Positions 40,668 through 49,974 of a stretch of DNA of 64,000 nucleotides are shown one piece after another. Origin of the DNA: an uncultured Methanosarcinales archaeon (GTDB lineage: Archaea; Nanobdellota; Nanobdellia; Woesearchaeales; UBA12501); assembly GCA_964397315.1 (NCBI GenBank), contig CAYNHV010000002.1:23167-87166 (forward strand), written 5' to 3'. A model generated the notes under the pieces. The model searched no databases. It saw nothing but the letters and a program-made list of their open reading frames with translations, and was not told the origin of the DNA. The translations under genes were made by a program, and so were the position numbers. Numbering within the stretch: position 1 is the stretch's first letter; each line of letters starts with the position of its first letter.

Positions 40668-41762
40668 ATGGCATCTTATGAGGAAAAGATAAGGGAGCTT
40701 GAAGAAAGGATAAAAAACACACCCTATAACAAGGCCACCCAGCACGCCATAGGCCTGTACAAGGCCCAGCTCGCAAAGCTCAGGGCTGCCAGGGAGAAGA
40801 GGGCCTCAGGAGGAAAAAAGGGAGAGGGTTATGCTGTTAAGAAGTCAGGGGACGCGACTGTAATAATGGTGGGCTTCCCTTCTGTGGGAAAGTCAACCCT
40901 GCTGAACGCGCTTACGAATGCAGAGTCAAAGGTGGGGCAGTATGAGTTCACAACCCTTGATGTTGTGCCGGGCCTGCTTGAGTACGAGCACGCAAAGATA
41001 CAGCTGCTTGACGTGCCAGGGGTTGTCCACGGCGCGGCCTCAGGAAAGGGCAGGGGGAAGGAGGTGCTTGCAGTGCTGAGAACAGCTGACCTTGCAATGA
41101 TAATTCTTGACATAACCCATCCCGGGCATCTTAAGGTGCTGAAAAAGGAGATAAGGGATGCGGGGCTCAGGATAGGCGAGAAAAAGCCTGATGTCAAGAT
41201 AACAAAGAAGTCAAGAGGGGGCTATGATATTGCATCAACTGTAAAGCTCACAAAGACAGACTTTGAAACAATAAAGGACGTGCTTAAGGAGTTCAGGATA
41301 CACAATGCTGATGTTGTGATAAGAGAGGACATAACAATAGACCAGCTCATTGATGTTATAGAGGGAAACAAGATATACATCCATTCCATAGTTGTGCTGA
41401 ACAAGTGCGACCTTGCAAACAGGAAGAAGCTTGAGGAGCTGAAGAGAACACTGGAGCCTGACATCTGCATCTCTGCGGAGAAAGGCGAAGGTGTTGAGGA
41501 GCTGAAGAGGCTGATCTTCAGGAAGCTTGACTTCATCAGGGTGTACTGCAAGGAAAAGGGAAAGAAGGCTGACCTTGAAGTGCCGCTCATACTGACAAGA
41601 GGCTCCACAATAAGGGAGATGTGCAGGAAGCTGCACAAGGACTTCATACAGAAGTTCAGGTTCGCCAGGGTGTGGGGCAGTTCTGCAAAATTCCCCTGCC
41701 AGAAGTTCAAGCTCAACCACAGGCTTGAGGATAATGACATAGTGGAGCTGCACATCAGCTGA
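40668..41762 (+). CDS. Developmentally-regulated GTP-binding protein homologue (Obg-class GTPase with a TGS domain)
   Basis: G1 GFPSVGKST, G3 DVPG, G4 NKCD, plus a C-terminal TGS domain; 364 aa. Confidence 0.85.
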   Translation: MASYEEKIRELEERIKNTPYNKATQHAIGLYKAQLAKLRAAREKRASGGKKGEGYAVKKSGDATVIMVGFPSVGKSTLLNALTNAESKVGQYEFTTLDVVPGLLEYEHAKIQLLDVPGVVHGAASGKGRGKEVLAVLRTADLAMIILDITHPGHLKVLKKEIRDAGLRIGEKKPDVKITKKSRGGYDIASTVKLTKTDFETIKDVLKEFRIHNADVVIREDITIDQLIDVIEGNKIYIHSIVVLNKCDLANRKKLEELKRTLEPDICISAEKGEGVEELKRLIFRKLDFIRVYCKEKGKKADLEVPLILTRGSTIREMCRKLHKDFIQKFRFARVWGSSAKFPCQKFKLNHRLEDNDIVELHIS

Positions 41763-41915
41763 AAAGAGCGCAAAACTTAAAAAAGGAATGCTTTAGAAGA
41801 CTGTTTTACGGCTCTAGAGGGGCTCATGAGCATTATTAATTAATGCTTCACTACCCCTAAATTAAGCGAAAGGTATATAAATAAGCTCGCTTTCTGGTGG
41901 ATTAAGGGGGTTAAT

Positions 41916-42107
41916 ATGGGACAGCAGGACATTTACGACTTTTTGAAGAAGCATCCTCAGAAGTGGTTCACTTCAAAAGAGCTGAGCCAGAAGCTCGGGA
42001 TTTCTATCGGCTCAGTGACAATGAGCCTTAAAAAGCTCAGGGAGAGCAAGTCTGTAAAGTACAAGACAACAAAGAGAAACATGTTCAAGTACATGTTCAA
42101 GAAGTGA
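41916..42107 (+). CDS. Small winged-helix DNA-binding protein (63 aa)
   Basis: FTSKELSQKLGISIGSVTMSLKKLRESK resembles an HTH. An SD-like GGGGG sits upstream. Confidence 0.4.
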   Translation: MGQQDIYDFLKKHPQKWFTSKELSQKLGISIGSVTMSLKKLRESKSVKYKTTKRNMFKYMFKK

Positions 42108-42157
42108 TTAAGTGATTTTTTCTTGACGCTCCAAAAGTTTTATATGTCAGAAATATA

Positions 42158-42180
42158 CCACTGGTTTATTTAACCAGTGG
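42158..42180. promoter_or_regulatory. Inverted repeat CCACTGGTT-N5-AACCAGTGG
   Basis: Perfect 9-bp arms. A related palindrome lies ~120 bp downstream. Sits between the small wHTH gene and the lipoprotein gene. Confidence 0.35.
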
Positions 42181-42277
42181 ACAAAGTCCACAAAGGCATA
42201 TCCGCAGAGGGTATATTTCTGAGCATGCTCAAAAACCACAGGTCAATAAAGAATGAGAATGAAGCTTTCGCTTCATG

Positions 42278-42306
42278 CCACCGGTCTCTGACCGGTGGTT
42301 TTTGAC
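42278..42306 (+). terminator. Hairpin CCACCGGTC-TCT-GACCGGTGG followed by TTTTT
   Basis: Perfect 9-bp stem and a T5 tract. Could be a terminator for the upstream wHTH gene or an operator related to the 42158 palindrome. Confidence 0.35.
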
Positions 42307-42374
42307 ATAATCGGTTTTCATCTGCTCTCATTCACAGCGCTTCTAAAGCGCCGAAAACAAAGAGGTGAGGCAGC

Positions 42375-43163
42375 ATGAAAAGACTTGTATTGTTCAGTTT
42401 TGTGATGATACTTGTTCTGGCATTCTCTGCAGGATGCGCATCTCCAGAGGATACAGGAGCAGACACCGGAACTGCAGGAGAGGGCGCGGATCAGGGAGCT
42501 TTGGATACAGGAGAGAGCCAGCAGGCTCCGGGCTTTGCCGAGCTTTCCCAGAAAAGCCTTTCAGGGCTCAGGATAACATATGACATTGAATATGATGCAG
42601 GCTTAGGAGATGGCCAGGCAACCTTCACCCAGTACTTTGGCGAAGGAAAGAATATGAGGACAGACTACACAATTGAGCAGGGAGGAGAAGAGACAAAAGC
42701 CAGGGTCTACGAGACAGAGGACGGAACAACAACCTGCATGATGATGTCAGGAGAGTGGAAGTGCTTCACAGCAGATATATCCGAGTACACAGGCAGCACT
42801 CCAGCGCAGGAAAAGGCAGCATCACAGCAGGAGCAGGTGGAAAAGAATCCTCAGGAGTATGACATAAGCTTTGACGGCACAAGGACAATCGTCGGAGAGA
42901 CAGCCTACTGCTTCAGGACAGACCTTGAGGAGCAGGGCAGGACAATGAAGCACTGCTTCCTGAAGAGCGGAGTTCCGGCCTATTTTGAGAGCCAGGGCCC
43001 TGACGAGTCCTATGTTATGGAGGCTGTGAGCATGAGCTCTGACGTGAGCAGCTCTGACTTTGAGTTTCCTGCAGAGCCTGTTGACCTCTCAAGCACGATA
43101 AGCTCTGCAGTCTCAGGAGACGACCTGTCTGACATGCAGGAAAGCCTGCCTGACATGGGCTGA
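42375..43163 (+). CDS. Acidic secreted lipoprotein of unknown function
   Basis: Signal peptide and lipobox LAFSAGCAS; 262 aa; Asp/Glu/Ser/Thr-rich. Confidence 0.5.
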   Translation: MKRLVLFSFVMILVLAFSAGCASPEDTGADTGTAGEGADQGALDTGESQQAPGFAELSQKSLSGLRITYDIEYDAGLGDGQATFTQYFGEGKNMRTDYTIEQGGEETKARVYETEDGTTTCMMMSGEWKCFTADISEYTGSTPAQEKAASQQEQVEKNPQEYDISFDGTRTIVGETAYCFRTDLEEQGRTMKHCFLKSGVPAYFESQGPDESYVMEAVSMSSDVSSSDFEFPAEPVDLSSTISSAVSGDDLSDMQESLPDMG

Positions 43164-43189
43164 ATTGATTTTTTGTTTTTTGCTTTTTT

Positions 43190-43700
43190 CTGTATTTAAG
43201 AGGGTATGCTTATTATTCCTGATACTTCCCTGGGAATCTTGAGTTTATGATTGTTATTTCTGGTACTTCCAGCTATTTAGAGAATTTGCTTGTGCTTATG
43301 ATTCCAGATTCCTCCCACCCTTACTGCAGAACCGCCTCGCAGGTTTTTTCCTTCCAAAACCGCACAACTTTCCTCTTCTGCTTCCAATAAGCCCGCCCAA
43401 TCATATGCTTAAAGCGCTCTGTGGGTTGGTGCTCTGAGCATATGTGAGGGGGATGGAGGGTGGGATTTGTCCATCTGTAACTGTGATAAGGGAGGTGGAG
43501 AACTCTGGATTAATCAAAACACTTAGAAGATGCTCAATTTCGTGGAATTTCGCTGCGCTTAATCCCACCTACGCGTGAACAGAGTAACGCCGTTCCGGTG
43601 GAGAACTCAGGAGGGATCCCCTTTTTACAAGGAGCTAGGTTTGGATTAACCAGAATAATCAATGCAGTCCTGCCAGAATAAGCCCTCACAAATCCAAAAT
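43190..43700 (+). repeat. Modular intergenic repeat element, copy D
   Basis: Tandem units (attattcctgatacttccctggg..., gtttatgattgttatttctggtacttcc...). Core ccaataagcccgcccaatcatatgcttaaagcgctctgtgggttggtgctctgagcatatgtgagggggatgg at 43385..43455, then ctgtaactgtg...ctctggattaatc...cgcgtgaacagagtaacgccgttccggtggagaa (shared with copy C). Upstream of the MoxR gene. Confidence 0.8.
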
Positions 43701-43749
43701 TTTATAAATGATGATTATAGTATCATAGCCAGCCAGAAGAGGGTTTATC

Positions 43750-44700
43750 ATGATTCACGAAAAGATCAAGAAAACAATCCTTGAGAAAGAAGACCCTTTC
43801 ACAGACATAATAGGCCAGGGGGATGTCAAGAACGGCCTGAGGTCAGCACTGCTCACAGGCAGGAATGTGATAATAGTCGGGCCTGCGGGAGTGGGAAAGA
43901 CAACCCTTGCAAAGAACATAGCAAAGCTTCTTCCCTCCAAGAAGGGAGGGATTAATTTTGTGAGGATACAGGGCTCGCCTGACCTTACAGTGGAGGACCT
44001 CATGGGGGATATTGATCCCATAAAAGCTCTAAAGTTCGGGCCCACAAGCAGGGAGGCTTTCACCCCTGGAAAGATATTCAGGGCTGACAAGGGAGTTCTC
44101 TTTTTTGACGAGCTTAACAGGTGCCCTGAGAAGCTGCAGAACGCAATGCTCCAGGCCCTTGAGGAAAGGAATGTCACTCTTGGGGGTTATGATGTTGATT
44201 TTGAGGCTGACTTCATATTTATAGGCACAATGAACCCTGAGGACACCAGCACTGAGAAGATGAGTGACGTCCTGCTTGACAGGTTTGACGTTCTCTACAT
44301 GAGACACCCTGAAAGCCCTGAGACAGAGAGGGAGATAGTTGAGCAGAAGGCAAAAAAGCTTGATGTTAGAGTGCCGGACAGCATAACAGATTTTATAGTG
44401 CTTTTTGTGAGGACAGTGAGGGACAGCAATGATCTTGAGAAGAAGCCGGGAGTGAGGGCCAGCATGGGCCTTTATGAGAGGGCCCAGTCAAACGCAGTGC
44501 TCAAAGGCAAAAAGGAAGCTGATCATGAGGATGTTGAGGAGGCCATAATATCAGTGCTGAGCCACAGGATAAAGCTGAAGCCTTCCATACAATACCTCAA
44601 GTCCCCTGAAGACTTTGTAAAGGAGGAGCTGAAGAGGTTCAGGAAGGAGAAGGCAAAAGGCGGGCGGGAATCCAAAAGCAAACCGGGTGGTGGCCCGTAA
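43750..44700 (+). CDS. MoxR-family AAA+ ATPase
   Basis: Walker A GPAGVGKTT, Walker B LFFDELNR and sensor regions; 316 aa. Confidence 0.85.
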   Translation: MIHEKIKKTILEKEDPFTDIIGQGDVKNGLRSALLTGRNVIIVGPAGVGKTTLAKNIAKLLPSKKGGINFVRIQGSPDLTVEDLMGDIDPIKALKFGPTSREAFTPGKIFRADKGVLFFDELNRCPEKLQNAMLQALEERNVTLGGYDVDFEADFIFIGTMNPEDTSTEKMSDVLLDRFDVLYMRHPESPETEREIVEQKAKKLDVRVPDSITDFIVLFVRTVRDSNDLEKKPGVRASMGLYERAQSNAVLKGKKEADHEDVEEAIISVLSHRIKLKPSIQYLKSPEDFVKEELKRFRKEKAKGGRESKSKPGGGP

Positions 44701-45874
44701 CACACAGCAAAAGACTTCTGAACTTGAGAGCGCTGAGGAGCTCAGGGGAAAGCTCGGCATGCAGAACATGGATGATAAGCTCATGCGCTCTGTGATGGAG
44801 GCTGACAAGAGCGCGATTGACAAGGGAAAGCTTGTTGAGGCGGGCCTTGACATGGGAATAAGCGCTTTCACCCCTGAGCTGATATTTGACCAGATGGCTA
44901 AGGATTACAGGCTTGCTGAGCATCTGTACGGCCAGACGATCATAAGGGAGCTTTTCGGAGAGGAGCCTGACTATATCAGCAAGAACATCCAGATACCAGA
45001 ATACAGGAAGCTGCTGAAGGACAAGCTGAAGACACGGCTCAAGCAGCTCTCTGATGAGGGCATAATTGACAGGGGGTTCAGCATAACAGAGAAGGGCATT
45101 GAGCTGGCGTCTCTTGTGATGTACACTGAGGAGCTGGACAATCTCGTGCCAAAAGGCATTGCAGGGGAGAGGCTGCACAAGAAGAAGTCCCAGTACGGCG
45201 GAAGGGATGAGATAAGGGACTTCACCATGGGTGACAGGTACAGGGATATCGCCCTGAAGAGAAGCCTGAAGACATCCATAAGGAGAGGGCATGAGAAGTT
45301 AAGGCCGGAGGACCTGCGGATATTTGAGAGGCAGAGCAAGGGCAAGTGCTTCATTGTCTATGCTCTTGACGCGTCAGGCTCAATGAGAGGGGAAAAGATC
45401 ACATCATGCAAGAAAGCAGGCATAGCCCTGGCTTACAAGGCTGTGTCAAACAAGGACAGGGTGGGCCTCATAGTTTTTGGCGAGAAGATAAAGGCAAGGG
45501 TTGATCCCACAGGGGATTTCAGCAGGCTGCTGAAGGAGATGGTGAGGATTAGGGCATCAAAAAGGACGGACATTGTGAGGACAATAAGGGAGAGCGTGGA
45601 GATGTTTCCCTCATCTGATGCCACAAAACACCTCATACTATTAAGTGACGCCCTGCCGACCACTGGAAGCAGGCCTGAGAATGAGACTGTGGAGGCTGCG
45701 GGAGTTGCGGCAAACGCGGGCATAACAATATCTGTCGTAGGAATAAACCTGAACAGGAAGGGCGAGGAGCTCGCAAGGAAAATAGCTGATGTGGGAAAGG
45801 GAAAGCTTTATTCTGTGAGGAATCTTGAGAGCATTGACAAGATCATACTTGAGGATTACCATAGTGTGGCATGA
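44687..45874 (+). CDS. VWA-domain protein partnered with MoxR
   Basis: The C-terminal VWA domain begins CFIVYALDASGSMRGEK (MIDAS DxSxS). Start overlaps the MoxR stop. Confidence 0.75.
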   Translation: MVARNTQQKTSELESAEELRGKLGMQNMDDKLMRSVMEADKSAIDKGKLVEAGLDMGISAFTPELIFDQMAKDYRLAEHLYGQTIIRELFGEEPDYISKNIQIPEYRKLLKDKLKTRLKQLSDEGIIDRGFSITEKGIELASLVMYTEELDNLVPKGIAGERLHKKKSQYGGRDEIRDFTMGDRYRDIALKRSLKTSIRRGHEKLRPEDLRIFERQSKGKCFIVYALDASGSMRGEKITSCKKAGIALAYKAVSNKDRVGLIVFGEKIKARVDPTGDFSRLLKEMVRIRASKRTDIVRTIRESVEMFPSSDATKHLILLSDALPTTGSRPENETVEAAGVAANAGITISVVGINLNRKGEELARKIADVGKGKLYSVRNLESIDKIILEDYHSVA

Positions 45875-46403
45875 CCCTGCTGTAGAGCTCTTCAGATATT
45901 ATGTCGATTGACGGCTTGTTTGCTGTGATATAGACCATATCATTCCCATGGCCGATGAATATCCTGCTCCATGGGTCAATCCTTGAACTGTGTATTGAAC
46001 CCATCACAGCCCTTGACTGATCATCTCTTGTGAATCTTGTTTCTGTATTGAGCAGCTCCTCTGCAAAGGGCCTGAAAAGCGAGACAGGGACTATGCTCAG
46101 GCTTTCCTTATGGTATGCCAGGTCAGTTCCATTGCTTCCTGTTATCTTGTTTACTGTTTCCCTGAACAAAAGGCTTGCAGGGTATTCCATTATTATCGCA
46201 TCATCAGGCTGGCAGCCGCAGCTTGTGTTGACATCCTTTATCATCCTTGTGTAAGCTGGAGGAAGCCAGAGCCTTCCTGAACGTACTTTGTGCTTTCCTG
46301 GCTGCATCTCAGGCAGCCTCTCAGCTGCGTAAAGAACAATGTCCCTGAGGCTTTTGCTGCTCATGAGAGAGGTTTTGTTGTCATGATATATAAAATTAAC
46401 CAC
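45843..46403 (-). CDS. Hypothetical protein (186 aa)
   Basis: ORF convergent with the VWA gene and overlapping it by ~30 nt. No recognisable motifs. Confidence 0.35.
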   Translation of the reverse strand: MVNFIYHDNKTSLMSSKSLRDIVLYAAERLPEMQPGKHKVRSGRLWLPPAYTRMIKDVNTSCGCQPDDAIIMEYPASLLFRETVNKITGSNGTDLAYHKESLSIVPVSLFRPFAEELLNTETRFTRDDQSRAVMGSIHSSRIDPWSRIFIGHGNDMVYITANKPSIDIISEELYSRVMPHYGNPQV

Positions 46404-46488
46404 TAAAAGATAGATAACTTTTAGGCAAAAGATTTATATACTTCAAAGACTATAATATATAACATAAAACTTCCAAAGGGGGTGAGTT

Positions 46489-46602
46489 ATGGAAGTCAGA
46501 TGCCTTGAATGCGGGGAAATCGCAAGGCAGATAGGCCATGAGGTCTACTACTGCGACGAGTGCGACAAGATAATACCAGCAGAGAAGGAGATACTTGCAT
46601 GA
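46489..46602 (+). CDS. Small zinc-ribbon protein (37 aa)
   Basis: MEVRCLECGEIARQIGHEVYYCDECDKIIPAEKEILA carries two CxxC pairs. A GGGGGTGAG SD-like sequence lies 6 nt upstream. Not in the supplied ORF track (below its length cutoff). Confidence 0.4.
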   Translation: MEVRCLECGEIARQIGHEVYYCDECDKIIPAEKEILA

Positions 46603-46639
46603 AGTGTTTCCCGCAGCAGGAAAAAGCTTATGTTCTTGC

Positions 46640-47290
46640 AGGCTGTGCTTTAGGTGGTATGATGAGGAGTTTATTATTGTGATTCTAGATTTTCCATCTG
46701 GGTAATAATCTTGTGAATCTTATTCCTGATAATTCCCCAGCTATTTAAAGAATTTGCTTGTGCTTATGATTCCAGATTCCTCCCACCCTTACTGCACAAC
46801 CGCCTCGCAGGTTCACACCTTCTGTTTCTGCACAACTTTCCTCTTCTGCTTCTAATAAGCCCGCCCAATGATATGCTTAAAGTGCTCTGAGTGGGTTGGT
46901 GTGATTAGCATATGCATGGGGGAGGAGATTGCCAAACGAAGTTTGGCAATTCTAATACTGCAAAACAAAGTTTTGCAGGCCTGAAAATACTTTGTATTTT
47001 CAGTAATCCCAGACGCTTGACTAAGCGAAGCTTAGGCAAGTCTTATAATTTCGACTTCAGTCGGAATTATATTTAAGCTTGCGAGTCGGGATTATTTTTA
47101 GGCGGGACAAAGCGGTTGTAACTCTAAAGAGGGCGGTGGTAATGCCTGGAAAAGAATACCTCTTTCGCATTAAGCTTATTGCAGAGCTGAACATAACCTG
47201 AACAGGGTGGAGGTAAACTCTGGAGGAATACCTTTTACAAAAAGTCCATCTCCAAGATTTTCTAAACAGGGCAGAGAACTCCCTTGTGAT
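46640..47290 (+). repeat. Modular intergenic repeat element, copy E
   Basis: Tandem units, then core ctaataagcccgcccaatgatatgcttaaagtgctctgagtgggttggtgtgattagcatatgcatggggg at 46853..46925. Followed by an extra insert holding the hairpin aagcttgcgagtcgggattat (also in copy F), then gttgtaactctaaagagggcggtggtaatgcctggaaaag and aaacagggcagagaactcc. Upstream of the phosphoesterase gene. Confidence 0.8.
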
Positions 47291-47339
47291 TGCTTTTCCC
47301 ATCAAAAGCTTTAAAAACAGCTGTTTTCTCTTGCCCTCC

Positions 47340-47936
47340 ATGAGAGTACTCGCGTTTGTTGACACTCACGGAAGCACAAAGGCCCTGAAGGCAGTGGCTG
47401 ACAAGGCAAAGAAAAAGGATGTTGACATTCTCATATGCGCGGGAGACGTGACAATCTTTGAGCAGGAGCTTGAGAAGATAATAAAGAAGCTGGACAAGCT
47501 CGGCAAGCCCGTGCTGATAATACCCGGCAACCACGAGTCTGAGGAGAGCCTGAGAAAGGCCACGAAAAAGACAAAGAACATGATCTACATCCACAGGGGC
47601 ATGCTGAAGCTCAAGGGATACACTTTCATAGGCTTTGCAGGCGACGGATTCGCGCTTGACGACCCTGAATTTGAGAAGTGGGGCAAGAAAGTGAAGAAGG
47701 AGCTGAAGAAGAAGGAGAAGGTCGTTCTCATAACCCACGCTCCCCCGCACAAGACAAGGCTTGACCTTGTGATGGAAAGCCACTGCGGGAACAAGGCAGT
47801 GAGGAAGTTCATAGAAAAGGTTGACATTGTCCTCGCAATCTCAGGCCACATCCACGAGACAGCAGGAGTAGAGGACAAGGTGAAGAACACCAAGGTGGTC
47901 AACCCCGGCCCTTACGGCAAGGTGTTTGAGATATGA
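47340..47936 (+). CDS. Calcineurin-like metallophosphoesterase
   Basis: MRVLAFVDTHGS, ILICAGDV, IPGNHE, THAPP and ISGHIHE phosphoesterase motifs. The ORF starts at 47286; the likely Met start is 47340. Confidence 0.8.
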   Translation: MRVLAFVDTHGSTKALKAVADKAKKKDVDILICAGDVTIFEQELEKIIKKLDKLGKPVLIIPGNHESEESLRKATKKTKNMIYIHRGMLKLKGYTFIGFAGDGFALDDPEFEKWGKKVKKELKKKEKVVLITHAPPHKTRLDLVMESHCGNKAVRKFIEKVDIVLAISGHIHETAGVEDKVKNTKVVNPGPYGKVFEI

Positions 47937-47945
47937 GTTTATGCC

Positions 47946-48764
47946 TCACAATGTCTGCTCAATCTTTCCGGCATATTCTATTCTCCTGAGCATATGATTC
48001 AAAAACTGTCCCCTGAATTCCTTTGTTCCGGGGCTGAGTGTTGCCTCAAGCAGGTTCACGTAATTTGAGTATTCCTCAGGAAGCTTCGCATCCAGGGCAT
48101 TCATGCACAGGGTGTCAAGATGTAACGCCTTCTTTATCCTTGCTGTTTCCGCGGCGTAATCCCCAAGCGCCTGGTGCCACAATGCCCAGGCGTTCCTGAA
48201 AAAGCTCTCTCTTCCGCTGTCAGTTTCCTCAAACAGGGAGCAGTAGAAATCATTCTCTGCAGCAATGAGATGGGAGGAGACGTAAAGCCTGTTGAGCGCT
48301 TCAAACATATGCACTCCAAACCCCATGACCAGCTCGTCAAATTTTCTTTCCGGAAGCTGGACTTGCTCGTCATAAAGGTATGACCTTGTTATCTCCTGAG
48401 CGAATATGCTGAACATCAGCCTGACGGACTCGGGAGATAAATCCTCATGATCAGCTTCTTCCTCAAAACACCAGAACGCATACTCTCCTATTATCTCTTG
48501 AGACCTCCTTATGCCAGGAGGTATGTCAGCAGCAGATGAAAGCTTGTCCCTGAAGATGCTGAACCTGCTGCTGTTTATCTCAGCAGGCCCGGTCTCCAGG
48601 GCGTAAATGAGCTCCCCTGATAATCTTGAGGGATACCTCTCCTTCTGCTCTTTCTGCGCTTTCCCCAGCTTTTCCCTGAGCAGCTTATGCCTCACCTTAT
48701 GCTCTGCTAGCTTCCTGTTTGTGTCCTCAAGATAGCCGTCAATAACGTCAAAAGCCATTTTCAC
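47946..48764 (-). CDS. Hypothetical protein (272 aa) coupled to taw1
   Basis: Start overlaps the taw1 stop by 4 nt. No recognisable motifs. Confidence 0.4.
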   Translation of the reverse strand: MKMAFDVIDGYLEDTNRKLAEHKVRHKLLREKLGKAQKEQKERYPSRLSGELIYALETGPAEINSSRFSIFRDKLSSAADIPPGIRRSQEIIGEYAFWCFEEEADHEDLSPESVRLMFSIFAQEITRSYLYDEQVQLPERKFDELVMGFGVHMFEALNRLYVSSHLIAAENDFYCSLFEETDSGRESFFRNAWALWHQALGDYAAETARIKKALHLDTLCMNALDAKLPEEYSNYVNLLEATLSPGTKEFRGQFLNHMLRRIEYAGKIEQTL

Positions 48765-49702
48765 TGCGCTCCTCCTTTCAAAAACCTCTCCCTTTTAGAG
48801 CCTTTCTTCATCATCAGCACCACCCTTGACTCAGGCTGCTCGTCAGCAATCCTGTAAGAGCAGCGCTTCTCTATCTCCCTTGCGAACTCAACAACCTCAT
48901 GATGCCTGGGCATGTTCCTTATTGAAAGCTTCAGCCTTGAGTGGCCCACGAACATATAGGCCTTGACCTCAAGAAAGTCAGGCTCTGCTTTTTCTATCAA
49001 TCCTGCGTAATTCTCAGGCTCAGCCATGTTCTTTTCCTTGACAAGGGTTATCCTTATGGCAGTTCTTGTTTTCTTCTTCAGCTTTTTCAGGGCTTCAAGG
49101 GACTTGTTCAGCCTCTCCCAGCCGTCCCTGTTCAGGGGCCTGCACACTTCCCTGTATATTTTTTTATTCGGAGCATCAAGGGAAAGATAAAGCTGAGTTG
49201 GAGGCTCCAGCTTTTCCATCACATCAGGCAGCTGGCCGTTTGTGACAACAAAGCTTGTGCAGCCCCTCCTCTTGAGCTCTCTTATCAGGCTGTTCAGTCT
49301 CGGGTAGTAGAGTGTCTCTCCTGTGAGGGATATGGCGAACTGGTTGGGGTTCATGGCCTCCTCCAGCTTCTTCTTGCTGATCTTTTCATGGCCTCCCATG
49401 CCTGAGAGAAGGAGCCTGTGCTGGGCTATGGAGTTCTCAATAATCTCCTCAGGAGCATCAACAGACTTGAAGGGCTCCTGGTATCTCTTTCTCCAGCAGA
49501 AGATGCAGTCCTGGTCGCAGTAGTTCACTGTAACAGATATCTGGCAGCACCTGTGGGATTCAATGCCGTAAAACCTCTGCTTGTAGCAGTGGCCCCGGCC
49601 TGTAAGGGACTTCTTTGTCCAGGAGCATATCTTGACAGCAGAGTGCTCTCCTGTGAAGCGGTACTGCTGCTTCTCAAGCTCCTTTTTATAGTCAGGGTCC
49701 AT
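48761..49702 (-). CDS. taw1: tRNA 4-demethylwyosine synthase (radical SAM, TYW1/Taw1)
   Basis: Radical SAM CDQDCIFCWR plus the N-terminal second Fe-S cluster cysteines (KICSW...GHCY). 313 aa, archaeal Taw1 length. Confidence 0.8.
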   Translation of the reverse strand: MDPDYKKELEKQQYRFTGEHSAVKICSWTKKSLTGRGHCYKQRFYGIESHRCCQISVTVNYCDQDCIFCWRKRYQEPFKSVDAPEEIIENSIAQHRLLLSGMGGHEKISKKKLEEAMNPNQFAISLTGETLYYPRLNSLIRELKRRGCTSFVVTNGQLPDVMEKLEPPTQLYLSLDAPNKKIYREVCRPLNRDGWERLNKSLEALKKLKKKTRTAIRITLVKEKNMAEPENYAGLIEKAEPDFLEVKAYMFVGHSRLKLSIRNMPRHHEVVEFAREIEKRCSYRIADEQPESRVVLMMKKGSKRERFLKGGAQ

Positions 49703-49779
49703 ATGACACTCCCTTGCAGGGTGATATAAATAACTTACCGCAAACTATATAAATCCATCCTTGGAAAAAGCTTTATAAA

Positions 49780-49932
49780 GCGCCAGTAGTCTAATGGTTA
49801 GGATATGGCCTTGCCACGCGTTAGATTTGCAAGCAAATCCACTGGGTTTGCGCTTAACGCGCAAACAGGCTGTGGTCCGGGTTCAAAAGGGTTTGGGAGA
49901 GATCCCCCTCAATGAAAGTCCCGGCTGGCGCA
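49780..49932 (+). tRNA. tRNA-Gly (anticodon GCC) with two introns
   Basis: Acceptor stem GCGCCAG/CTGGCGC with discriminator A. D-arm GTCT-AATGGTTA-GGAT. Anticodon stem TGGCC/GGCTG with loop TTGCCA. A ~50-nt intron containing two hairpins (gatttgc/gcaaatc and gtttgcgc/gcgcaaac) interrupts the anticodon loop. T-arm CCGGG-TTCAAA...CCCGG carries a second ~30-nt insert. Coordinates are approximate (±2). Confidence 0.55.
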
Positions 49933-49974
49933 TGTTTACTCATCAGATTCCTGAAACAATCACCACTACTCCGC

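Noticed and set aside
48134-48383. Small ORFs (79 aa on minus, 69 aa on plus) inside the 272-aa hypothetical gene
   Set aside because: Nested in or antisense to a longer co-oriented ORF that is translationally coupled to taw1.
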